In this document: in pieces, positions 47,457 to 56,876 of the stretch
How positions within the stretch are numbered: the first letter of the stretch is position 1
Layout: the number at the start of each line of letters is the position of its first letter
Source of the DNA: a phage
Sequence record: PZ452611.1
Strand: one strand, 5' to 3'
Length of the DNA stretch: 64,000 nt
Made by a program: the position numbers and the translations under genes
The notes under the pieces: model-generated
What the model saw: the letters and a program-made list of their open reading frames with translations, nothing else
Databases searched by the model: none
What the model was told of the DNA's origin: nothing

Positions 47457-48595
47457 CAGATTGCTCCAACATTTCTAAGAACGTTAACAAGTTTTGTCTG
47501 GTCATTAAATGTCCGCTTCATATACAAACAGTCAAAAATTATACTCATCCATTGACCTACGGAAATTCTACGATCAATACCATTGAAGTCAGTATACTTA
47601 ACAACACCTTTCGGGAACCACTTCTTGTACTGATCAATAATAGCCACCCACATCTCCTTTGGAGTGCTGCACTGAGACAGTAGGTAGAATGCTGAGGCAT
47701 CCCCAAACTTACCCTTACCGATAAGTCCTTGATACGGCTTGATGTTGTCAGCAGAGTCACCACACAGCATTTGGTATCCGAAGAACAGCATTCCGTAACC
47801 ACCAACCTCTCCATTAGGCTTCATGAAGATGTTACCCATACCGTTATCGATCAGCATAGGGGTTTCCCTTACAAAATCTCCCTTATCGTTTCGCATAGGA
47901 TCGAACACAAGCCCTGGTAGTGTTCTTTGGTCCTTATCAATAGAGATAATAAACTTGTTGAACTTACCTGTTTTTTGGTAGTGGTTCCAACCTTCAAATT
48001 GCTGGATAGCTAACCAGTCGTCAGCCTCGATACCGTTGATCACTTGAGCATTATACTGCTTTTGGAGATACTGTCTTGCATCTCCAAGCAGCAGTGGTCG
48101 AAGAGTATTGTTACGGTTGGCTTTATATCTTTCCGGCATTGGAAGATCTAGCCTGAAGTTACCTGTGCCTCCAAGTACCCCAACGCACCGATCTTCCGGA
48201 ATACCGAGATAATTAAGGACTGCATTAGCTTTACACTTAATTGTGTGCAAGCAGTTCTCTACAGGATCAGGGGTTTGGATATCCAAGACATCGAAATCCT
48301 CTCGTGTCCACGGAATAAACTCCTTGCCAGCCTTTTTACATGCAGCTTCACGGTTGGTATTCTCAGCTTTTAACCAACCACCAACGGTGTTCTTCTGCCG
48401 CCCCCAGAACTCTGTTCGTGTTTTAAACATCTTCTTACGTCCGGAGGCTTTGTGTGTTACCTCAATTGTCCTTTTTTCACAACTTGCTGCAGCTTGATAT
48501 GCAACCTGATCGAAGTCATAATAAACTATAGCGTCAGGTTCAAGAAGATCAGCCAGACAATCTATGGACTCAATAAGTGGATATTCTCTACTCAA
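47456..48595 (-). CDS. flap endonuclease / 5'-3' exonuclease (T5 D15 / RNase H family)
   Basis: INGIEADDWLAI and GDSADNIKPYQGLIGKGKF match FEN motifs; about 150 aa N-terminal extension. Confidence 0.65.
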   Translation of the reverse strand: MSREYPLIESIDCLADLLEPDAIVYYDFDQVAYQAAASCEKRTIEVTHKASGRKKMFKTRTEFWGRQKNTVGGWLKAENTNREAACKKAGKEFIPWTREDFDVLDIQTPDPVENCLHTIKCKANAVLNYLGIPEDRCVGVLGGTGNFRLDLPMPERYKANRNNTLRPLLLGDARQYLQKQYNAQVINGIEADDWLAIQQFEGWNHYQKTGKFNKFIISIDKDQRTLPGLVFDPMRNDKGDFVRETPMLIDNGMGNIFMKPNGEVGGYGMLFFGYQMLCGDSADNIKPYQGLIGKGKFGDASAFYLLSQCSTPKEMWVAIIDQYKKWFPKGVVKYTDFNGIDRRISVGQWMSIIFDCLYMKRTFNDQTKLVNVLRNVGAI

Positions 48596-48896
48596 AGACC
48601 CTCCTGTTAGTTATTCTGCAAGATGGTTGGATGCTGTAATGGAATGCATCATCACTTTCTGCAATAAGTGACTCAACATCCCAATACTTTTCAAAAAGGA
48701 ACGGATTAGAACCCCAGTGATGAGTTATTTTCATCAAGGAGTCTGGTATCAGATAACCAGAGATCTTAACTACATCGCCAGGTTGAATTGTGTTTTCATG
48801 AAGGTTGCTTGCCTTCTTCAGGATCATACCTTTATGATTCTCGTTTGCATACAACTGGACAATATCTTTATCTTCAACAATAAAAATTTTAAGCAT
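48588..48896 (-). CDS. hypothetical protein
   Basis: 102 aa ORF. Confidence 0.45.
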   Translation of the reverse strand: MLKIFIVEDKDIVQLYANENHKGMILKKASNLHENTIQPGDVVKISGYLIPDSLMKITHHWGSNPFLFEKYWDVESLIAESDDAFHYSIQPSCRITNRRVFE

Positions 48897-48955
48897 ATCT
48901 AGTTCTCCTGGTTTATAAATATCTGAACGATAATATCAGATTAATAACACTTTTG

Positions 48956-49249
48956 TCAAGACTTTTTAGTCTTTCTTGGAGAGCTTTTTGTTGATCTTTT
49001 CCTTTTGTGGTAGATTCCAAGTGCAGCGTTTTCTTGGGCGCACGTTTTAACAGTTCTCAGACAAGAACTTTCAGCTTTAGGCAGGTTTAACTCCCACCAA
49101 CCAAGCCAGTAAAGTTCTGATTCAGACAACTGCTCAGATTCAGCCTTCCGATACAAGGTTCGCATACCTCTGATGATATCGTCCAGAGGTGTATCGAATA
49201 CAAAAGCTGTCTTATCGAATTTCTCTTTTACAGGTCTCTTAGCCATCAA
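48956..49249 (-). CDS. hypothetical protein
   Basis: 97 aa, basic C-terminus. Confidence 0.4.
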   Translation of the reverse strand: MMAKRPVKEKFDKTAFVFDTPLDDIIRGMRTLYRKAESEQLSESELYWLGWWELNLPKAESSCLRTVKTCAQENAALGIYHKRKRSTKSSPRKTKKS

Positions 49250-49703
49250 GGTAACCCTCTATCCACGAAAAGTCAGTCTTCCATTCTGGAACTTTACTAA
49301 GCTCACGCCACTCTGCAAAGCAGTCTCGGTAATACGCCTCTGCCATACCTTTGGTGATCTTATTCACCTTAGCCAACTGATTAACTGCCTGAGCATACTT
49401 TCCACGGATATTTGCTAACCCAGGATGCACCGATGTGTGACAATCTGGGCACAACGCTATCAGTCCGACAAGCCGGATCACTCCCTCTTCGAAAGTGTAA
49501 AGTTCATGGCACTCCACTGGATGTTTGCTACCTTTACCGCCGCACACCTCACAAGTGTAGTTGGCTTCTCTATAGCACTTCTTACGGATCTTATCCCACT
49601 CACTCTTCTTCACAGCGTTTCGGAGGTTATTATACCAAGCTGTTTCTGGGATCAGTTGCACAATAAGCCTGCGTTCAGACTTCATTAAACGTCCGTCTTC
49701 CAC
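49239..49703 (-). CDS. HNH endonuclease-like protein
   Basis: CEVCGG...HPVECHE...CPDCHTSVH pattern. Confidence 0.45.
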   Translation of the reverse strand: MEDGRLMKSERRLIVQLIPETAWYNNLRNAVKKSEWDKIRKKCYREANYTCEVCGGKGSKHPVECHELYTFEEGVIRLVGLIALCPDCHTSVHPGLANIRGKYAQAVNQLAKVNKITKGMAEAYYRDCFAEWRELSKVPEWKTDFSWIEGYLDG

Positions 49704-49712
49704 GTATCCTCC

Positions 49713-49919
49713 TCATTCAAAGAAATGGGTGCGAGGGCAGGAACCTGCCTCACCTTGTTTCACAAGTTCGTAGAGCTCACCTTGGCTTGTCTCATAAAGG
49801 CAAATACGTTTACCATTGTCCCGATATACATCGACAAGATACGCTGTTTCACCTGCAAACACGACACCACAGGCCAGACATGCTGCCATGAACAAAATTG
49901 CCAACAGAAAATCTTTCAT
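49713..49919 (-). CDS. small lipoprotein
   Basis: signal peptide with lipobox AACLAC; downstream of endolysin. Confidence 0.45.
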   Translation of the reverse strand: MKDFLLAILFMAACLACGVVFAGETAYLVDVYRDNGKRICLYETSQGELYELVKQGEAGSCPRTHFFE

Positions 49920-49982
49920 GGTTAAACCCTCCTAAACATTTTATGAGGTAAAAATACCACGTCCGTGTGGTTATGTCAATGA

Positions 49983-50453
49983 TCAATCAAGGACAACACC
50001 GCCTGCCTTTTTAAACACCTCGATCAACTTCTCAATCTTCTGTTCATGCTGACCATATCCAGCACCAGGTAACGAAGCCCAGCGGGAACGGCATTTATGG
50101 ATAGCCTCGTGGATACGCCCTTCGTCAATGTCAGCGAGAGCCTTGCACTCACGGATCAGTTGCAACGCAATCTTGTCCTGACTGGCAGGGCCAAAATCTG
50201 GTAATCCTAACTGTTTCATATAGTGTTTAGCAAACTTCTCCAAAACCTGGTAACGCCCAGCAGCGGAGGAGGTAAGTTTAGCATTTAGCTTAACGTAAAC
50301 ACCGGGGTGCTTGCTGTAATCGCTGAACAGCTTGCCGCCGACTATGACATCGTACCCCCGATCCTTGGTAGGTTGTCTACCATTATCTGTGCCTTCCGAA
50401 TATGCGATCATATCCAAGAAAGCTTTTCGTTGAACATTTTTATCAAGTTTCAT
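49983..50453 (-). CDS. endolysin, lambda R-like lytic transglycosylase
   Basis: NVQRKAFLDMIAYSEGTDNGRQ...YDVIVGG...WASLPGAGYGQHE closely parallels lambda R as recalled. Confidence 0.85.
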   Translation of the reverse strand: MKLDKNVQRKAFLDMIAYSEGTDNGRQPTKDRGYDVIVGGKLFSDYSKHPGVYVKLNAKLTSSAAGRYQVLEKFAKHYMKQLGLPDFGPASQDKIALQLIRECKALADIDEGRIHEAIHKCRSRWASLPGAGYGQHEQKIEKLIEVFKKAGGVVLD

Positions 50454-50576
50454 TTTTCATACTCTCCAGTTTACTCATAACTAACCCGATCAACAACACT
50501 GCATAGTGTGGTTATGTAGGTGCCAATTGAAAACCATCATTCAATTGGTTACCGTTACCTACTAGACCTTCCTACA

Positions 50577-51842
50577 TTATTCCAGCACCTCCCAAGTTTC
50601 TGGATTAAGATTGCGGAATGCGATACCCACAGGGAATTGAGGCACACCGTCCACCGTACGCTGTTGGAATTTTATCGTGATAAATTTGCCAACATATGAG
50701 CAGCATTTTTCGTAGTTCCTTACGGCAAAAGTGCCTTTCATTTTGCATTTGCATTGTGTCCCATCTTTCTCTTCGCAGATAAGAACACCTTCCCCGTTTT
50801 TATCTTTTTCAACACCGATCACTTTTGCTTCAACATCGGTGAACAGTTTCCACTTGAGCAGATCAGTAGAGCGTTGACCGTATTCGTAGGTGCCACGGAA
50901 GTTACGAATAATAGATCCTTCATAACCTTCCTGCATGTACTGTCCGATGGAGTTGCGAACCTCTTCCTCGTTGTAGGAGATCTTGAAAGGAACACCCTCG
51001 ACGTTGGTGAGATGGTTAACTTCACAATAATCAATAACTTCCTGAAGATTTGTGGCCCGATCTTCCCAGCGATGGATGCAATCAGGAACATCGAACACCA
51101 TCAGTTTCAGGTCATAAGAGCAGTAACCTCCATACCGATCAGAATCACGGACAGGTTCTTCATAAACCGGATGATCAACCTTGTTGAAGTCTTTCCATGT
51201 CTCCTCTCCGGCCTTGATCGCTTTCTCACGGCGTTTTATGTCTGCCATGAAATCCTTATCAATTTCTTTCTCAATGTCTTCCAGACTACGCCATTTCTTA
51301 ACGAGGGAGGTTATTTTCTGCAACGGTAAACCGTGAATGTAGAACTCCCCATCAAATTCATCAAAGCCTGTTTCTTCATGCAGGTCTTGTAGCTCACGGA
51401 GGATGTTACCTTTCGGCTCATACACTTTGTTACCGCGAGAGATGAATTTAGGTACACCGTCTACGAATTTGACAAAGCAACGGTTCCCGTCAAGTTTGTG
51501 TTGCAGGTGGCATGGATACACAATAGCGTGTGGTTTTTTCGAAGCATCTTGCGCCAGCATAGGTGAAATGTCAATGGCCTCAAGGTCTTCGACATTTTCT
51601 TTGTAACCCAGCCGGACTTGCTTTTCCCATTTAGACTGCGCCTCTAAAACAGCTTGTTCTTCTGCTGTAGTTTCGTTGGATCGCCCGATGTTTTTGGCTT
51701 CACATTTTGTGGTTTTTGATTGTACAGCGCCACCAACCCTGCCGAACACAACAATAACCTCGTTGCCGCTTGTATCTACTTTCCACATCTGGATGGACCC
51801 GTCTTTATTGCGAGCATAAAGTGTTGTTTTGAATTGATGCAT
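50577..51842 (-). CDS. ATP-dependent DNA ligase
   Basis: KLDGNR motif I; C-terminal EGSIIRNF...GQRS and PQFPVGIAFR match virus-type ligases. Confidence 0.8.
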   Translation of the reverse strand: MHQFKTTLYARNKDGSIQMWKVDTSGNEVIVVFGRVGGAVQSKTTKCEAKNIGRSNETTAEEQAVLEAQSKWEKQVRLGYKENVEDLEAIDISPMLAQDASKKPHAIVYPCHLQHKLDGNRCFVKFVDGVPKFISRGNKVYEPKGNILRELQDLHEETGFDEFDGEFYIHGLPLQKITSLVKKWRSLEDIEKEIDKDFMADIKRREKAIKAGEETWKDFNKVDHPVYEEPVRDSDRYGGYCSYDLKLMVFDVPDCIHRWEDRATNLQEVIDYCEVNHLTNVEGVPFKISYNEEEVRNSIGQYMQEGYEGSIIRNFRGTYEYGQRSTDLLKWKLFTDVEAKVIGVEKDKNGEGVLICEEKDGTQCKCKMKGTFAVRNYEKCCSYVGKFITIKFQQRTVDGVPQFPVGIAFRNLNPETWEVLE

Positions 51843-52111
51843 TACTCTACCTCTTCCTTAAAAATTTTAAACATCTCTTCTTTACTCATTACCAACCAGT
51901 CACCCATAAAATCAACAAGCCAATCACCCTGGTACAAGACTAGGTTACCAAACGGCTCTACAAGCTCACACATACGACGAAGATCTCTGGTCCGAACAGG
52001 TGACGATGTAAACACACCTGTATCAATCCACCGTTGCAGATCAGATACTGATGAAGAGCTTCCGTCAAACTGGTGTGCTTCTACAGGTTTAGCAAGATTA
52101 AATAACGGCAT
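51842..52111 (-). CDS. hypothetical protein
   Basis: 89 aa, start abuts upstream stop. Confidence 0.45.
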   Translation of the reverse strand: MPLFNLAKPVEAHQFDGSSSSVSDLQRWIDTGVFTSSPVRTRDLRRMCELVEPFGNLVLYQGDWLVDFMGDWLVMSKEEMFKIFKEEVE

Positions 52112-52406
52112 TGCAGTCCTCCTTCTCTAATAGGTCTTTTATCGGGTAAACAAGCAGGTGTGGATCGTAATAATTTATAGTTTTATTCTGCCACACTATG
52201 AACTTAATTACAACTAAATTTACCACATCTTTATCTCCATGTAGTCCAACACACAGATTTGTCCATATTTTGTGGTTGAATACTTTGCTGTCGATGTAGA
52301 TCTTAGTGTCAAACTTATCCTCTATCCTACCTATAAGTTTAACCAATTCTTTCATCTGATCTCCAAACACAGCATCGTTTTCAAGATCTCTGGAGTGCTT
52401 GTACAT
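52098..52406 (-). CDS. hypothetical protein
   Basis: 102 aa ORF. Confidence 0.45.
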   Translation of the reverse strand: MYKHSRDLENDAVFGDQMKELVKLIGRIEDKFDTKIYIDSKVFNHKIWTNLCVGLHGDKDVVNLVVIKFIVWQNKTINYYDPHLLVYPIKDLLEKEDCNAVI

Positions 52407-52469
52407 AACTTTCTACCTCACTTGCATACTTTCCGAAACAAGTAAAGCCGGGTAATCCCGGCTATGTTG

Positions 52470-53183
52470 TTAAATATACTCTGTTACATCCTTGAAGCTC
52501 GAAGGCTTCATGATCTTACCTTTACTGTCAAGGAATATGATAACTTTATTACCGTTGTAGAATTCTTCCTTGGCAACAAAACCTTCATATCGACCATCAA
52601 AGCGTCGTTCAAGATCTTTAATCTCCAACTCGATTAGTTGTTCAGCAGGCATATCTGCACTGGCACCGTGTGAATACCGTAGATGGTTGACCCGTGCAAA
52701 CTTGCTGTCATTCGATTTGAGAACCTTACGCATCATCCCGCACACATCGCCGCGAAGCTGGAACAGCAAAGCTGTTGACAACTCTGCTAAGCGGTAAGCA
52801 GACGCTCTTTGCTTAGAGGTGTTTTTCGCAGCGATCAGTGTATCATAGAACTCGCCGATCTTGAACTTAAGACCTCGCGGATTATCAAACAGGTTTGACC
52901 ACTTTTCGTGATTATCATTAACAAGATAAGCGGCATAACTTGTGACAACGTGAAGATCGCAGGCCTCTTTTAGCAGGTGATCTCCACCATCACCTTTCTC
53001 CAGCTCTTCCAAAACCTCATTGAACTCTTCCTCAATGAAGCTAAGCTGTAATTCGAATGGTGTGTATGATTTTTTCACTTTAGCTGCCACACGGTTCCAG
53101 TTTTCCACCCAATTGGCAGACCAAAGGTAGTTTTCAGGCTGAGACAGTTTTTCCAGGTTGTCGATCAGTTTAGTATTCAGCAT
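52470..53183 (-). CDS. MazG-like nucleotide pyrophosphohydrolase, putative
   Basis: FIEEEFNEVLEELEKGD...LKEACDL resembles MazG EExxE/D box; weak. Confidence 0.35.
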   Translation of the reverse strand: MLNTKLIDNLEKLSQPENYLWSANWVENWNRVAAKVKKSYTPFELQLSFIEEEFNEVLEELEKGDGGDHLLKEACDLHVVTSYAAYLVNDNHEKWSNLFDNPRGLKFKIGEFYDTLIAAKNTSKQRASAYRLAELSTALLFQLRGDVCGMMRKVLKSNDSKFARVNHLRYSHGASADMPAEQLIELEIKDLERRFDGRYEGFVAKEEFYNGNKVIIFLDSKGKIMKPSSFKDVTEYI

Positions 53184-53196
53184 TAAAGGTCTCCTT

Positions 53197-53958
53197 TTAA
53201 AGTTCCATAAAGTTTTCTACAGTTTCAATAAATGCTTTATCAGAGAAAGCGTCAACAGCACCGTTAAACCATACAGGGATCCCGCGATCCTCATATTGAT
53301 AAAGGTCGCTACGTGAAATGCCACTTCCATCTGCACTCTGCGAATCATACTTGTTTACAATCAGCAGTTTTGTTCCTTTACAAGTAGCAGGAAACAATTC
53401 CCAGTTAAAATTAATAACTGTGTTAGAACAACCCACTAGGATCACCATATCATTGCTGGTGAGAGATGTCAACAGGTCATACATGTCTGTATACTTAGGA
53501 GCAACCTCGCCGAAGAACACTACATTGGGCTTAACCCAGGTATACTTGCCTGTATCTACCTCCGTGTATCCGATATTTTTAATTACATCATTACCTTCAG
53601 CATCTTCGTAGGTGATTTCAGGCAAATACCCGTGGACATGTAAAATATCTTCATGTTTTACACCAGCACGCTCCAGCAAATCATCTACATTGGTGGTAAG
53701 GTTGATCACACGACCAGACCAGCGGGAATACCACTCAGCGATCCGAAGATGTGCAAGGTTAGGATCAACACTGCCCAGAGCTACACGACGTGCATTGTAA
53801 AAGTCATGCACCTTATAGTAGTTCTTGGCAAAGGTGTGGATGTTGCACACCTCATCGATGCTGAAATTCTCCCACATTGCAGTGCTACCAGATCGGAAGG
53901 TGGGAATACCAGATTCTGCGCTCAAACCAGCACCAGAAATAACAATAAGTCGTCGCAT
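53197..53958 (-). CDS. Sir2-family NAD-dependent deacylase / ADP-ribosyltransferase
   Basis: ISGAGLSAESGIPTFR sirtuin signature, HG motif. Confidence 0.8.
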   Translation of the reverse strand: MRRLIVISGAGLSAESGIPTFRSGSTAMWENFSIDEVCNIHTFAKNYYKVHDFYNARRVALGSVDPNLAHLRIAEWYSRWSGRVINLTTNVDDLLERAGVKHEDILHVHGYLPEITYEDAEGNDVIKNIGYTEVDTGKYTWVKPNVVFFGEVAPKYTDMYDLLTSLTSNDMVILVGCSNTVINFNWELFPATCKGTKLLIVNKYDSQSADGSGISRSDLYQYEDRGIPVWFNGAVDAFSDKAFIETVENFMEL

Positions 53959-53966
53959 AAATGTCC

Positions 53967-54317
53967 TTAGTAGATGTTTTGTTTGATCTCTATTCCAAAC
54001 TTCTTGAATGAGTCAGCAGCAAGCATAAATTTACGAGCTGCCGATGGATTAGAAGTATGCACGAAAATAATCACGTTGTCAATAAGTGGTGGCTTTCCGA
54101 ATACAAGTTTCTCCTCTAGCGCAGAGAAGCAGTCGTACCCTTCAAGAACTTCACCTAGATCATTGTCAAAATACCATTCAGATACGCGTCTGTAGAGCTT
54201 TCTCTTATCATTAAGAAAATCCATAAATTCAGAAGAATTCTTTAGCCACAGAGCGTCTGGGAGTCCATAATCTGACGGATCTCTAAAATCATCAAGCCAC
54301 ACAATCCACTTCTTCAT
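53967..54317 (-). CDS. hypothetical protein
   Basis: start set to internal Met MKKWIVW overlapping RNA ligase stop (track 53967-54389). Confidence 0.4.
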   Translation of the reverse strand: MKKWIVWLDDFRDPSDYGLPDALWLKNSSEFMDFLNDKRKLYRRVSEWYFDNDLGEVLEGYDCFSALEEKLVFGKPPLIDNVIIFVHTSNPSAARKFMLAADSFKKFGIEIKQNIY

Positions 54318-55249
54318 TGCATATAGTCCTCGTTGTGGAAATAGCAGTCCAGTATCTCGCGACGCTCCTGCTCTAATAAGCAATTCCACACATCTTCTGT
54401 ATAGTTGCTACGAATAAATTTTACCATACCGTAAAACTCCTCGTCAACACGTTTAAAAATATCGTCATCCCAAATCTTCCATGCTTTACCTCTCATTACG
54501 GCCTTCCGTGCCAAATAGTATGGAGACTTGATCTTCAGCTGCAGGTCATAAGGGTAGTAAGGCTTACGGATCATATACCCTTCGCCCCTTGTTTCTGCAG
54601 CTAATTCTTTTGCATAGCTGAACGGGATTTCACGCACAGTGTGAGGACGTTTTGCACCAAGGTATTTGGCAATCCCATCTAAAGCTGCTTCTGGTAGCAT
54701 TATTCCAGAATCATTATATCTGCAACCTATCAAATATGCGCCATGGTCTTCTTGAACAATATGCGGATCTGAAGGGTGACAAATTTCAAACATGAATGTC
54801 ATGTTTTCATTGCCCATAACCTTCTTGATAAGATCTAAATCACCACATTGCTCTTGGATGGTTTCCTTTGCAAGGTTACAATATGGAGAATCAAGAGACC
54901 CGGTTGTTGAGAACAATAGGTCACCTTTATGAGATGATACCACACCAAGGAATCCGTTCTTTTTCTCTACCGCAGTAACAAGTTTACTGTCCGGTAGGTT
55001 GGTGGAGTTTTCTCCTAAGTTGAATACTTTTGTGAAAGGCCATGCCACAACATTCCCCTCATTGCCAACAACAATACCTCGGCACTCCAGTAAACGCGGA
55101 GACAAATGCCACAGATTGTTGTAGAATACTTTTCTGGCATATTTATAGATCTTTAATCCAAGATCTGGATAATACCGACTGGTTACAAGACCTTTGTCTA
55201 CTAGGTCATCTGCATTAAAATACTTCATCATACGTTCCTCATTTGTCAT
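54314..55249 (-). CDS. RNA ligase, T4 Rnl1-like
   Basis: LLECRGIVV and KVFNLGEN match T4 Rnl1 (LPDALECRGIMF, KFFNLNEN); nucleotidyltransferase KxNG motif EKKNG. Confidence 0.8.
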   Translation of the reverse strand: MTNEERMMKYFNADDLVDKGLVTSRYYPDLGLKIYKYARKVFYNNLWHLSPRLLECRGIVVGNEGNVVAWPFTKVFNLGENSTNLPDSKLVTAVEKKNGFLGVVSSHKGDLLFSTTGSLDSPYCNLAKETIQEQCGDLDLIKKVMGNENMTFMFEICHPSDPHIVQEDHGAYLIGCRYNDSGIMLPEAALDGIAKYLGAKRPHTVREIPFSYAKELAAETRGEGYMIRKPYYPYDLQLKIKSPYYLARKAVMRGKAWKIWDDDIFKRVDEEFYGMVKFIRSNYTEDVWNCLLEQERREILDCYFHNEDYMQ

Positions 55250-55293
55250 TTTGTCAGTCTATCCTGCCACACAAATAACCTAGTGTCAACACT

Positions 55294-55321
55294 TGAAATT
55301 AACAAAACAGTTAGGTATACT
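55294..55321 (+). promoter_or_regulatory. sigma70-like promoter TTGAAA-N16-TATACT in divergent intergenic region
   Basis: strand switch between Rnl1 (minus) and kinase (plus). Confidence 0.45.
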
Positions 55322-55349
55322 ATCATTAAAATTAAAACGGAGGATTGCT

Positions 55350-55760
55350 ATGTCTAAAATGCTATATATCGTGCGTGGTCTGCCAGGGTCTGGCAAATCA
55401 ACACTGGCAAATGCGCTATCTTTAGAAGGTCTGTATCCACATTTTGAGAACGACATGTTCTGGTATGACGATGACGGCAATTACAACTGGGATGCAAGTA
55501 AAGTAACACTCGCAGCAAAATGGTGCAAAGATAACGTAGAAGATATGATGCGTATGGGATACGACCGTATCGTGGTAAGTAATACGTTTACAAAAGAAAA
55601 ACATGTGCAGGAATATGTTGACATGGCAATCAGTCATGGGTATAGTTATACCGTGATCGTGGTTGAAAACCGCCACGGTAATAAAAGCATTCATGATGTT
55701 CCAGACAAGGTTGTGGATCGTATGGAACGCCAGCTTAAAAACTGCATTAAACTTAAATGA
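55350..55760 (+). CDS. P-loop polynucleotide kinase-like protein
   Basis: LYIVRGLPGSGKST Walker A as in T4 Pnkp kinase domain; start moved to Met after GGAGG (track 55293). Confidence 0.6.
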   Translation: MSKMLYIVRGLPGSGKSTLANALSLEGLYPHFENDMFWYDDDGNYNWDASKVTLAAKWCKDNVEDMMRMGYDRIVVSNTFTKEKHVQEYVDMAISHGYSYTVIVVENRHGNKSIHDVPDKVVDRMERQLKNCIKLK

Positions 55761-55767
55761 GGAATGT

Positions 55768-56322
55768 ATGAAATACTTTGTAACAAGCGACACACACTTT
55801 CTCCACCAGCGGGTCATGGAGTTTGATTCATGTCAAAAACACAGATCTCAGTATGATCACAATCTTGACAGTATGAATGCGGGAATCATCGCCGAGTGGA
55901 ACTCTGTTGTGTCACCTGCAGACACTGTGTTCCACTTGGGAGATATTGCGTGCACTAATGATAAGAATATCAACAAATTACTTCCAGATATTCTAAATAT
56001 GTTGAACGGACATATTATTCTTGTTCGTGGCAACCATGACACAAGGACGACTGTCAGAATTATGAAAGAGTTCTATCACGAGGTTGTAGATTATTACGAG
56101 CTTCGCCACAACAAGAATTTGATCTGTATGAGCCATTACCAATTTGCAAAGTGGAACAGAAAGCCTCACGGATCAGTCCAACTGTTCGGTCATGCTCACG
56201 GAACCACACAACAGTTGTTTGGCAGGCAGCTTGATGTCGGTTGGGATGTGTGGGGGAGACTCTTACCATTAGAAGAGGCATACCGTACTGCAATGAGTTT
56301 TGATATTGACAGCAGGGAGTAA
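55768..56322 (+). CDS. calcineurin-like metallophosphoesterase
   Basis: DTHF, GDIA, VRGNHD motifs; start moved to MKYFVTSD (track 55663). Confidence 0.7.
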   Translation: MKYFVTSDTHFLHQRVMEFDSCQKHRSQYDHNLDSMNAGIIAEWNSVVSPADTVFHLGDIACTNDKNINKLLPDILNMLNGHIILVRGNHDTRTTVRIMKEFYHEVVDYYELRHNKNLICMSHYQFAKWNRKPHGSVQLFGHAHGTTQQLFGRQLDVGWDVWGRLLPLEEAYRTAMSFDIDSRE

Positions 56323-56369
56323 TCCCTGCTATTTTAAAGAAAATTGCCACACAAGGAGAATCAGGAGAT

Positions 56370-56720
56370 ATGAAAGATGGGGATAAGCTGCTATATCTTA
56401 AAGTCCCCCTTGAAATACTATCTATGTCAAAAGTTTTGAATGACACAACTGGGGAGGTTGTTGTTCTTGACTTGTATGACAAGATCGTATACTGCTACCT
56501 GCACAACTGGTATAAGCTTGGAGGAAATTCACGCTTCACACCAAGCACAAGGAAAATTGCAGCAGATGTTGGGATAAAGAAAACAAAAGCAGCAGCGTGC
56601 GTTAAAACTTTAGAATGTGCAGGAGTGGTTGAAACATCCACACAAGGGAGAGGTAAAAGATGCACATTTTCCAAAGTTTTGCCACCAGAAAAAGTTATTC
56701 GAATGTCAACAACTGGTTAG
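56370..56720 (+). CDS. putative HTH DNA-binding protein
   Basis: helix-turn-helix-like STRKIAADVGIKKTKAAACVKTLECAGVV; directly upstream of 21-bp repeat array. Confidence 0.4.
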   Translation: MKDGDKLLYLKVPLEILSMSKVLNDTTGEVVVLDLYDKIVYCYLHNWYKLGGNSRFTPSTRKIAADVGIKKTKAAACVKTLECAGVVETSTQGRGKRCTFSKVLPPEKVIRMSTTG

Positions 56721-56794
56721 ACCAGTAAAAACTTAAATATCTGTACTATAAGGATTCGTATGTTTTATGTTCGCTCTGGAACAGAGGTTAGTAA

Positions 56795-56876
56795 CTGTCC
56801 GTGATACGGACACTACTGTCCGTCACGCGGACACATCTGCCCGTAATACGGACACTAACTGTCCGTGATACGGACA
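56795..56876. repeat. four tandem 21-bp repeats with palindromic core CTGTCCGTGATACGGACAC
   Basis: copies at 56795, 56816, 56837, 56858; GTCCGT/ACGGAC inverted repeat in each. Confidence 0.75.

Noticed and set aside
56795-56876. Possible CRISPR array
   Set aside because: Only four contiguous palindromic 21 bp units with no intervening unique spacers and no cas genes; fits protein-binding iterons, not CRISPR.
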